This document shows, piece after piece, positions 35,173 through 48,761 of a stretch of DNA of 64,000 nucleotides (position 1 is the first letter of the stretch; each line of letters starts with the position of its first letter). Position numbers and translations under genes: made by a program. The stretch is from the human T2T-CHM13v2.0 reference genome, Homo sapiens. Location of the stretch: assembly GCF_009914755.1 (NCBI RefSeq), contig NC_060947.1; one strand, 5' to 3'. The notes under the pieces were generated by a model. It was given only the letters and a program-made list of their open reading frames with translations. It searched no databases and was not told the origin of the DNA.

Positions 35173-37944
35173 TATTGATAATGTTTTTAACATTAACAAG
35201 GAAGCCTGTTAAAATTCCTGGTCAGTGAATGAAGATATAAAAATCATAAGCATCCTATATATTAGTAACAGACACTTCAAAATTGTAATAGAAAAAAACA
35301 GTTGCACTGTATGTGTGTGGGAGAGAGAGAGAGGAGAGTGATTTATTTAAGTCTCAGAATTAATATAAATAAAAGTATTACACACACAAAAAGACTTCCG
35401 TAAATGAAAAACAAAATTTTGTGATCCTGGATAGAAAGACTAAATATTGCATGTTGTCAACTTCATTCCAATTAATTAATAGATTTAGTATAATTGTAAT
35501 CAAAATGCCAACAAGCTAATTTTCTGGAATGTGATAAAATAATTCTAAAGTTTACATGGAATAATAAACTAGCAAAATGAGTGAAACATTTTTTAAACAG
35601 AATAATTATGGAAGGTTTGTGCTACTCAAAAGGAAAATGATTATGTGGCATGGTCATAGTAGTATAAGAATAGTTAGGTCAGTGGAAAAAATGAAAGCTC
35701 ACGATAAGACCATCGTATAAATGTAAGAACTTAATGTACAATAAAAGCGGCATTTTAAATTGGTGGAAAAAAAGCAGAATTGTTCAAAAAATGGAACATG
35801 GACAATTAACTATTTGGGAAAAAAATAAGTTAGATCTCTATTTCACAACCAAACAACATATTCAATTTCAAGTGCATGGAGGAGATAAAATGTAAAATAA
35901 AACCACTAAATAATACAAATAAAACATAAGTGGATTTTAATAGGTTATTGGGTTAAGGAATGACTTCTAAACATATGTAGAAAATAACGCTTTAAATGCA
36001 CCCTGGAGCATGCCATGTATATACAGCAAGGGTGACAAGCTCTAAAAACTAGCACAGAGATGACCACTTAAGAGGTGCACTGGGGTCATGATTTGGTAGG
36101 GTATGCATTAAACTTTGCATCTCAAAAATAAGTCTACAGTCAGGTACCAAACTGCATGAGAGTCACTTGGGCAGATGTTTAAAATGCAGATCTCTGGATC
36201 CCAATGCAAGAGATTAATTCATTGGGTCCATGATGAGGCCTGGCAGTTTGCATTTAAAAAAATAATAATGTCTCAAAGGTGATTCTAGGATGAAAGTGGT
36301 TTGTGGAATTACTGTCTAAATATTGCTAAGCCATCTACCATGTAATGTGATGAATAATAAGATTGAAAGTAAAAATAATCATAGAAAATATATTGGTAAA
36401 GACCCTAACCACCACTCTCAAATGTGTTCTCACACAATGCTATTTTTACATTCAGAGGCAAACCAAACAAAACAACTATAGAAAGTTACAATGGCTTACC
36501 TAAAGTACACAGATCATGTCAGAGTGTCTCAATTAATTCAGGAAATGGTAGATAATATAATATTACTGAGAAAAATCTAGTTGCATGAATAGGAAGCCCA
36601 GCTTTGATTAACTGAAGTTGATAAAACAGATCAAGTGAGAGGAAAAACAAGTGACTAACAGAAAGCGTGAGCAGAAATAAGCCCATCATGCTCTGACATA
36701 AGCCACAAAAGCAGTAATGACTAATGTGAGGATTGATTAGTTTCTCCAAGTTAAGGTCTTGCCAGTTGTATTTTGGGCTCTTAAATATCACCCCTCTTCT
36801 TCAATTATAAAATCCAGGGATGCCAGACTAAAGGACAGCTGAAAGAAAGGCCATTGGTTCTTTTGTTATTGCTGAATATAACACAAGTGTGTGTCCTAAG
36901 TAAAGAAAATCCAACCACAGAATAACAAATGTTATAATCTGTGGAGGTGGAAGATCTCCAAATACTTAATAACTAATATTGGCACAAAGTTCTATCACTC
37001 AACAGAGATGCTGGCTGTAAACACCAGAAATAGCCACACTGGTACCTACTAGCTATTTCAGGCCAGGCTCATGATATATATGTAAAAGAGGAAGGTGCTA
37101 CCTGAAAAAAGGATGGAGGCTACCCTAGTTAGCAGCTTAATATAAATCCATATGCCAATTGATTCTCCCTGTATTCAAACTATGTCAAGATTATTAATAA
37201 TATTTATAACCTTGAGGCAAAAATTATATTTTGGCAAATCTACCCAAAGTATGTAGTGGAATTAACTTATGCACAAATACGTCATCACATAAAAGGAAAA
37301 AACTAACATACTAAAGAGGGAAATTATTGGAAAAATTTGGTATATTTTTGTATCATAGTATATAGCCATTAAAATATTTACAAAGTATTTTTAACCATAT
37401 GGAAAATATTATGTTAAGACAATGGTGACTATGTAAATCAAAATTTCCAAACATATCCTCCACAAAACAATATAGAGCCACCAGAACAACATAAAAGTAC
37501 ATAAAGCCATGCCCTTCACATAACAAAAAGAAAGAAAACACCCACATAATAAAAGACTTAACTATTAAATTGTAAGTAGAAAAAAAAAGAAATCTCAGCA
37601 AGATATCACTCATATTCCCTCTTCAAGTCTTTCCAGGGAGCAAGGACAATGCTGAAACAGGAGAGTTAATGAGAAAAGAAGGGGCTAGTAGCCTAAGAGT
37701 AATCTAAATCACAACCAGAAAGACAAAGTCCACACAAAGCGTAAAAATAATGACAAACTGGTAGATTCGAGCCTTGGGGAAGAGCTTTCTATGCAGTTGT
37801 CAAAAGGCAGACTTTGAAAGGTATCATTTGTAAGAGAGAAGATGGCAAAAAATAAGGGAGAGATACCCTGTGAAGTCTGGGAGTTTAAAGGAATGTGAAG
37901 CAAAAGAGGAAAATTTAGGAATGGTCAAAAGTCTACCAGGCAAA

Positions 37945-38893
<949 letters not shown>

Positions 38894-38895
<2 letters not shown>

Positions 38896-39533
38896 GTTTT
38901 TGCCCATTCAGTCTGATATTGGCTGTGGGTTTGTCATAGATAGCTCTTATTATTTTGAAATACGTGATCTAGAACTAGAAATACCATTTGACCCAGCCAT
39001 CCCATTACTGGGTATATACCCAAATGACTATAAATCATGCTGCTATAAAGACACATGCACACGTATGTTTATTGCGGCATTATTCACAACAGCAAAGACT
39101 TGGAACCAACCCAAATGTCCAACAATGATAGACTGGATTAAGAAAATGTGGCACATATACACCATGGAATACTATGCAGCCATAAAAAATGATGAGTTCA
39201 TGTCCTTTGCAGGGACATGGATGAAATTGGAAACCATCATTGTCAGTAAACTATCGCAAGAACAACAAACCAAACACCGCATATTCTCACTCATAGGTGG
39301 GAATTGAACAATGAGATCACATGGACACAGGAAGGGGAATATCACACTCTGGGGACTGTGGTGGGGTCGGGGGAGGGGGGAGGGATAGCATTGGGAGATA
39401 TACCTAATGCTAGATGACACGTTAGTGGGTGCAGCGCACCAGCATGGCACATGTATACATATGTAACTAACCTGCACAATGTGCACATGTACCCTAAAAC
39501 TTAAAGTATAATTAAAAAAAAATAATAATAAAA
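38894..39533 (+). mobile_element. Young L1 (L1HS/L1PA2 boundary, ACG/A type), 5'-truncated with an inverted 5' segment (38894-38965)
   Basis: 38966-39511 is a near-consensus L1 3' end (ORF2 C terminus in ORF 38900..39307, 'gatgacACGttagtgggtgcagcgcacc', 'cttaAagtataa'). 38894-38965 is the reverse complement of the ORF2 sequence acgtatttcaaaataataagagc...gggcaaaaactg. Confidence 0.93.
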
Positions 39534-39599
39534 TGTTGAGATACTAAGTGTCAAAAAAAAAAAAAAAAAGAAAAAAAGAAAAAGAAACAATAGGGCTTG

Positions 39600-39900
39600 G
39601 CTGGCGAGCCCCACTGAGGAGCCGGAGCTTGGGCCGCACTTACCCGAGTCCGCTCCCGGTCCCTGGCCCGTCAGCGACCTGGCGAACCAGGCGACGCTGA
39701 AGCGGCCCATGGACTTCGGTACAAAGCTGCTGAGTCCCTGCTTCCCCGAAGCAGCCGTGCTGCACCCCTCTGCCCAGCCCCACTCCGGGCCTCAGGCCCC
39801 CGGACGCCAAGCCGCCGCCGCTTCAGACGCAGACCCTACCGCCAACTCTGCAGCAGTCCGCCCCACTCGGCAGCAAGCGGCGCCTTACAATTCCGGAGAA
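39600..39900. promoter_or_regulatory. CpG-island-like segment formed by the 5' end of the retrocopy
   Basis: About 28 CpGs by hand count in 300 bp of GC-rich sequence, in a window that is otherwise AT-rich and CpG-depleted. Promoter activity is inferred only. Confidence 0.7.
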
Positions 39901-40706
39901 AATTTTTCAGAACATAAAACTAAAATACAGTCGTTATCAGAGGTGGAGACATTTAGAAATTGTTCTTAATCAGAGTGAAGCTTGTGCTTCAGAAAGTCAA
40001 CCTCACTCCTCAGCACTCATAGCACCTAGCTCTCCAGGTTCCTCATGGATGAAGAAGGACCAGCCCACATTTACCCTCTGACAAATCGGAATAATACGTG
40101 AGTGTGTCTTAGACTATGAAGACAAGATTCAGGAGGAGTATGAGCAAATCCTCAATACCAAACTAGCAGAACAATATGAATGAATCTTTTGTGAAATTCA
40201 CACATGATCAGATTATGCAACGGTATGGGACAAGGCCAACAAGCCATGTGTCCTGAAGCTTTGTTATGTATCTGGGTACCAGGTTTAACCTCAAGAGATG
40301 CCTGCTGTACACTTTTTGCAACTGGTTTGACAACACATTTCAGCTTCAATTTTGCATCCTGAGAACACTTAAACGTTTCTGTAGGTCCATTTTATACAAC
40401 TTGAAAGACCTTAAAACTTTTTGGTTGCCACAAGCATATCTTCCTTTTTCTGCTCATCCAGTAAACAGCTGTGCCCTACTGTGATAGATTTTCCAAAACA
40501 AAATACTTGGAGAAGCAGTTTAGCAAAATATGCCTTCAGTGGCACTCAACAAATGGAGCTTCCCCAAGCACAGTTCTGTAAGAAGTGTGTATGAGAGCGT
40601 GTGTATGTATATTTCAAGTTATTATTTGTATAGTGCAATTTTTTTTTGATCTTGGGGATTCTGGCTGAGCTTGATTCATGACAATTATGGTTAAAAACAT
40701 TTGCTT

Positions 40707-41053
<347 letters not shown>

Positions 41054-42149
41054 TTACGTTTTGTGACCATATAAGTTGCAACAGTGGATTGTTTTTATGT
41101 GTAGGTTTTATTGTTAAATACAGGGACTGTTTCCAGGCATAGAATATGAATCATAAGTTAGGATGGACATTAGCTGTGATTATGATAATACAGCAAAGGT
41201 CTGTGGTCCTAGATCTACAAATGTGTGGTGAGAAATATCTACAAATGTGTGGTGAGAAATTAGAACAAACTGGAGATGGGCCATTGACACATGGACTCTG
41301 CCTAAGCGTGTTAGAAAAATACTTTGACTCCAAGCCTTAAAATACTCACATGGAGTCGGCGCTCACCTCATTCACACAATCATAGAGCTCCCTGGACACT
41401 GAACCTCTAAAGGGAAAAGGTCTGCCCTGGAGCAGAAGGATCATGGTTTGCTTGGGAGCATAGCAGGTAAGCTCAGAGCTGGGCCTGGGCCTGGGCCAGG
41501 GCCAGGCCCTGGCAGCACTGCTACTTGGGAAGAGCCACTTCACCTTTGTATCAGTTATTAAAAATAGAATTTGGATCCTTTGGTGAGGTTCTCCCAAATT
41601 CATTTGAGGTGTCCATGGTCAACTGCTTGAGCTGTTTTGGCAACCGCCTGCCCGAAGTCACATTTAGGCTGTTCTTCACCTTGTTTCCAAGACTGAGGAA
41701 AAGAAAGTAGCCTCTGTTTTGAGCAGGTAGAAGTATACATTTATTTTTTTACTGCAACTTGCTCAGGACCATATTTTACAAAATGCCTTGTTTCCTTTAT
41801 TGTTTCTGGAAAGGAAAAGTTCTATTTATATTCTTTTAGTTTGAATATAGAATAGTTTTTTTAATCAGGACTTATTTTGAAAAAATCTGAGTTTAATTCA
41901 AATGCATGCCAATACCTTACAAAGTAAGGTAATACTCAGAGACAGTTGTTCTGATCAGATGGCTTAGAGAAATTTCTGGAATATTCACGTTCGAAGATTC
42001 CTTATTAATGAATATCTTTGACTTAAATCTAACCGAAAACTGCAACATTATTCTTTGCACATTTTCATTATATAGTGTTAACAAGCTTAGTTGCAAACAA
42101 ATAAAAATACTTAAGCTATTTGTTTACCTTGCCTTCTTAAAAAAATAAA

Positions 42150-42842
42150 CAATAAGGAAGCCAGTGAAAGTAAAGTGGAATAAAGAAGGGAGAGTATTAA
42201 AAATGATGAGACCAAGAGAGAGAATAGGGTATTGGACAGGGGAGCGGGAGCTATTATATAGGCCTTTTGGGTTATTGGAAGGACCTTTGCTTTTACTTTG
42301 AATGAAATGAGAAACCACTGGTGAGTTTTAAACAGAGGAATGGTCTGCTCTGACTTGGCCTGAATACAGAAGAACAGTCTAGCTGCTGTGTAGACAACAG
42401 TAAGAGCGTAACTGGGACAGCAGAGAAAAGAGACATATAAAAGGTCTATTTCAATAACATGGAACAAAAATGGCTGTGGCTTAAATTTTAGTAAAACTGG
42501 TGGAGATGACTAGAAGTGGTCAGATTATGTATATAATTTGAAATAAGACCCTACAGAATTTGTTGGTAGATTAGCTGTCAAAAATCATACATGACAAAAG
42601 TTTTTAGTCTGAGAGAGTAGAAGAAACTGAAATGGAGAAGCTTATGGATGGAGTATGCTTGGAGAGAAAGATCAATAGTTCATTTTGGACATGAACTATT
42701 TGGAAATGTCTTTGGAACTGTCTAATAGATGGTTTGAAAATGTCTAATAGAAATTCAGTGAAGGTGCCAAATAAGAAATTACATACATAAGTCTGAAGGT
42801 CAAGGGAAAGATCTGAGCTGGAAAAATAAATCTGAGAGTCAT
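42150..42842. mobile_element. L2 LINE remnant
   Basis: L2 motifs (gagaaaccactggtgagttttaaacagagg, gttcattttggacatg). Boundaries are approximate. Confidence 0.6.
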
Positions 42843-43035
42843 TCCTTCCTTAAGCAAATATGTATTGAGTGTCATCCCTAAGTTACGTGTTGTGCTGGAA
42901 TCTGTGCTGTCCAATAGGGCCACTACTGGCTACATATGGTAATTCAAATTTTAATCAAATTAAATATTATTAAATATAAAGTTATTAAATATATGTGTGT
43001 GTGTGTGTATAACAAAGAAACAAAGGCAAGTGTAA

Positions 43036-43418
<383 letters not shown>

Positions 43419-46400
43419 TAGTGTCAAAATATCTAAATTCAAATTCAGGGTCTACTTTCTGAAATTTACTTAAATTTTGTGCATTACTTTCTTCATCTGT
43501 AAAATGGAATAATAATAACACCTAACTCATAAACATGATGTGAGGTTTAAATAAGCAAAAATTTACAAAGTGCTTATTATAAACCATGGCATATAGTATC
43601 AGTGGTATGTTTCTGTGTTGTGATTAAACCACAGTGACGAATTTGTTGGTTATAGTATTTTGAATAAGAAATTAGATGGACAAGTAAATATGTGTAAAAA
43701 TATTTTTGCTGTACATAAAGTTCTTGAATACTATATGTATTATGAATATGAGGAAGTGCATATGGGAAGACTGATACAATATGAGGCAGGATGGGCCAAG
43801 ATGTTACAGTGACTTCTGCATTTGCCAGGACCAACTCTGCCAATTTACACTGTATCAGCAAAACATAACAGCAATCTTTTATACAATGAATGGTTATAAT
43901 ATTAAATGTGCCTGTATCAACAAAAACATGAGTTAAATCATAGGAAAGGAAATACAAGGGGTTGATTTATGAGGAGCATTTTATATGTCTGCTTTGGAAA
44001 CACATATATAAAGAGCAATCTGAACTTGCATTTCTTTACCTGAAAAAGCCTGGGTAAAGACGTGTTGGGCTTGTGACCCATCTGCCAACTCTAGTCAACA
44101 ATATGGGGACCTTGGAAGATACAGATTAACAAATGTGTACCTGTCTCTATCCCCATATATAATACACAATAATAAATGTAATTATTTTTCTGAAAACCTG
44201 AAAAAACAATGACTTCTATCTCGAAATCAAGTATTTCTGGCCCAACCTGACATTGATGGATAAAATATATTAGCCAAGAGAAAAATGAAATCATCAGAGA
44301 GAGCTGAGAAAGTTGCTTGGGCTCTGACTAAAGGCTCTTTGAAGTCAGACCTTCCTAAGCACATTCCATCTAAACTACTCCATGAGCTAAACCTGCTACT
44401 GGTTTGATTAAGACTAGAACGGACATCTTGTAAAGGATTACTATAATTATATATTGTTTGGCTAGTTGGGCATGTATGTATGTATATGTGTACATATGAG
44501 TGAAATAGTTGTGCATTAGAAAACTTTAAAAATCGGGATTCTGTATTATTTAATTCCCTAGTGTCACATCTGTAGAAGTTATATTGACTTATTAAATTAG
44601 AAAGGATATGAGTACCATTTTATTAATGACCTAATCTCTTCTCCCCTGTGCACAGGCCTACCACCTCTCAAGTGCAGCATAGAAAGGTATACTTTTCCAT
44701 GAATGCCTTCTATGTCAGATCTAAGGAGGAGACACACACACAATATTATTTTTTTTCACAGAGAAACTATTAAACTTGACAAAAATGATGTCCAGATTAT
44801 CATGGGTCACCCCATGGGGTCCTAATTCTGGAAATATCTATCTCATATTGATTAAAATACCAAGAACCTTGGCCAGATCCCAAGGACAGATCATATAACA
44901 ACATGAGGTTTGTGGGCATGTCTACACAGTCCCCAGGCATGCTGCTAATCGATTCACTTCCTTTTTGTTGGTAGCTGGCTGATAGCCTCAACTCTCCATA
45001 GATGTGTTAAGTGGAAACCAGCATAAACTACATAATCTTCACATCACTCAGTTGGAAGAGAGGTTGTAAGAGGAATACTATTTAGCTTTGACTTTGAAAA
45101 TGCATGTGGTGTGTATCTATGGGCACAAACACATGTATATTTCAAGGAAGAGGGGTACAGAAACAAAAAGGCAATGTGATATATGAGTTTGCGAATAAGA
45201 AATCCAGATAGACACTAAATCCTGTTTATAAAATAGTAGTGCTATGAAAAACATAAAAGAGCTGAACAACACAAGTTCATGTATTGTATGACTATATGGG
45301 CTGCTACATATGGCCACACGGACTACTCATTGTACAGCACCATAAAAAGTATCATTCAAAAGCCTACAAGATAAACAGTGAACCCTGGCGTAGAACAATA
45401 CAGCAGCCCTGGCTATACCGTACAAGACAATGGAGAAATAAAAATATAGTACCACAATAGTTAATGTACACTGAATACCTACTCAAAGACAGACACTGTT
45501 CAAAATGCTCTACACACATTGGATTTGGTTATTCCTCACAACAGTACTATGAATTACATGCTACTATGATCCACAATCTACAAATAAGGAGAAATGCAGT
45601 GAGTTTGATAGGACTTGCCCAAGGTCATACAGCTACTAAGTTGTGGAGCTGGAATACAAACCCAGATAGTCTGACTATAGAGCCCGTGTACTTAAAAACC
45701 ATGTTGTAAACAAAACAAAACAAACAAATGAAAAATAACCAGGAACTTACCTGGCTTAATCTGTAAAATTAAAACTGAATACCACCTCTAAAGTATTTTT
45801 GCCAAAAAATTAAACCTACAACTGATTAAGCGTCTAGATCAAAATACCAATGTATAGAAAAAACAGTCACCAGACTATATTTGGTAACAGAATCAGAAGA
45901 ACGCGGAATAATTCTACAGAATAAACAACTCAGTTATTTCCACAAATAAATGAAAAAAAAGTGAGGGGAGCTATAGATTAAAAGAGGCTCGAGACTTAAC
46001 AAAATGCAATGTGTGGACCTTGTTTGGATCCTGATTCAAACAACCAAACTGTAAAAGAAAAGAAAATACATCATTGAAAAATTTTAAATGCAATGATATT
46101 AAGGAATTATTTTTGCTTTTTAGTGTGAAAATGGTATTATGGCTATATGTTTTTTAAAAGAGGCACTATCTTTTAGTTATGATGTCTGAAACATCATATG
46201 ATTTTAGTATGAAATCCACTTCAAAATAATCCAAGAAAGTGGGTGGGAGTAGAGTTAAACAAGATTGGTTATTTTTTGATAATTGTTGGAGCAACATGAT
46301 GGATACCAGGAGGTTCTTTATATTATCCTCTTCCATATACATTTTTGATTTTACATAATAAAAAGTTATTTTTAAAAAATACTGGAGCTAGAGAAACTGG

Positions 46401-47345
46401 TAACTATGGTTGCTTCCTGGGATGGCAATGGGGTGGCTGGGAGCCAGGTGTAAAAAGTAGACTTTCTTTTTATTGTTTACCTTTTGTACTTTTTAAATTT
46501 TGTGCTAAGTACATTTATAATCTATACAAAATTAATTAAATTTACTAAACAAATGCAAAGTTCAATGCGGGCAAGGCCCTACCAAGAGAGTGCATGTTGG
46601 CTACCTGCAGTCCATTGGGGAGTTGGTTATAGATTCCAGCAGCGAATGCTAAGAAAACAGGTAGGGGACTAAGAAAACTCTAACCCAGACACCAACCTCT
46701 TAAGAATAACTAAACATAAGAAATGAAATAACAGCTTCACTGTAGGCTTGAGCAAGTGCCAGCTGACACACATTCCCAGTGGAATCTTCCCTGGAGCTGT
46801 ATCAAATAATCACTGAGTAAAGAGGGAAACTAAACCCTAAGGCAACTCCATTTAGACTTGCTATACATAATTCATTGAAAAGTTTGACAAAAACAGATGC
46901 AACGTATTGGATACAGGCAGTATGAAGAAAACCTCTGAGAAGTAAATGATGAAGGCATGAAGGAGGTAAACCACCTTCAAGTAGTCAACCCAAACTGTTA
47001 CTCTACCCATACAGGGTCACTGGATACAGAGTCCTAAATGATCACCCAGAATGGCTCCTTCCTTATGTAACATGGAAACATTAAGAAATCTAGACACCAC
47101 AGGAACAACAGAATGATCTGGCCTATGATTGGGCCATTTTATAATGCTAATGGTTAACACTATTTTAGAAGAGTCTATAATCAGAAAAGCAAAGACCATG
47201 TACGATTTTGCTCATCTTTCTCTCCAGTAGTTACCACAATTCTTAGCACACAGTACATATCCAATAAAGATTTAACTGAAAGACTCATGAGAGGCCAGCA
47301 TAAGCAGAACCACTTGCAGGTCAGCATGAAGCAACCTGGTGAGGG

Positions 47346-48014
47346 TGATACAGAATGGCTGGGCTCCTGGCTAAACCCCACCCTCAAGCCTGGAACCTTG
47401 GCCATAAGTGAAAACAGCTGACCCCTGAAGGGCTGGGCTCCCGGCTAAACCTCACCCTCAAGCCTGGAACCTTGGCCCTAAGTGAAAACAGCTGACCCCA
47501 TTTTTCCACCCAAATAATTGCCTTTTTGTCCTACCCCGCCCCCTATCCAGTGCCCATAAAAACTAGATCAGCTGGCAGGGAAAAAAAAAAGAGCAACACA
47601 AGCAGCTGATGCAAGTGGTTGGGGATGCAAGCTGCTGAGCCTCAGGGATACATGTGGCTGAGCATCGAAGACTACTGATAGATGCAGCTAACTTCAGACA
47701 ATGAGGCTTCAGGGAAAGATCACCTTCTTCCCACACCATCCCCTTTCCAATTCCCCATCCTGCTGAAAGCCACTTTTATCGCCCAATAAATCCTCTGCAT
47801 ACACTACCCTTCAAATGGTTTGTGTGACCTGATTCTTCCTGGACACCAAACAAGAACTTGAGTGTCAAAAAGGGCAGGTGCAGGAGCCTGTCACTCTGAC
47901 CCTTTACTGGGCTGTTAACACTTGGCCATCCACAGACTGCAGGCTGGGTGAAATGAGCCACTCCAGTTCCTGCCCACAAAGGGGGTAAAGGTCAAGGGAA
48001 CAAATCCCATCTCA
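47346..48014 (+). mobile_element. ERV1 solo LTR (MER50-like)
   Basis: TG...CA termini, perfect 4-bp TSD aggg (47342-45, 48015-18), and AATAAA at about 47785. Confidence 0.82.
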
Positions 48015-48708
48015 AGGGCAGGAAAGAAGAGAAGGACTACATGCAAACAAAACTTCTGTGTGTGAAGGTTACCAGTCAGACTTTGTAAACTTTCTTAAGC
48101 CTCAGCTACTTCAAATCTAAGTTGCCTTTAATTATAAGTCCCATCATTATCATTTTTATAATACTAAGGAAAAAGATTCACCAATTATACTGTGAGATAC
48201 TATGAAGTATAAGATGAATCCCAATTTAAGAGATGTTAAAATGTGGAAAAGTGTATCTTAGAATCAATGAAATGTGATGTTTATGTTCACTTAGGCAGGC
48301 CCTTCCCAACTAGGTCTATAGTACCTTGGCCACAAGATATAAACTTTAAGTTGTTTTAAGAAGTTTCATAAATCACAAAATATTTAAGTTATAGTTCAAG
48401 TCTTTTTGAATCAGCTATTACCTGAAGTTTGATAAATAACAATGAAGTCATAAGGTGCCATAAAAATACAATTTTTAGAGTTGCAAGGATTGTTTGGTTT
48501 TAATAAAATGTAAATTCTATTTCAAAAGAGAGAGAAAGTGAAAGAGAGAGAAACAGAGAGACAGAGAGGTCAAAGGCTGAGATTTATGGAGATTGGATGC
48601 TCCAAAAGAAACCAGAAGTACACTCTGGCCGGGAAAGTAAAGGCCAAAAGAGGGAGAGAAGATCAAGATGGTGACAGTTTAATAGCAGAAAAGATGGTGA
48701 TGTTAATT

Positions 48709-48709
48709 A

Positions 48710-48761
<52 letters not shown>
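48709..48761. repeat. (AAAG)n tetranucleotide STR, about 13 units
   Basis: Seen directly in the sequence. Confidence 0.95.

Noticed and set aside
39709-39969. 86-aa plus-strand ORF (MDFGTKLLSPCF...) as a functional AKIRIN1 retrogene
   Set aside because: The original ATG is lost and the ORF leaves the AKIRIN1 frame after about 12 codons. Further frameshifts and stops follow.
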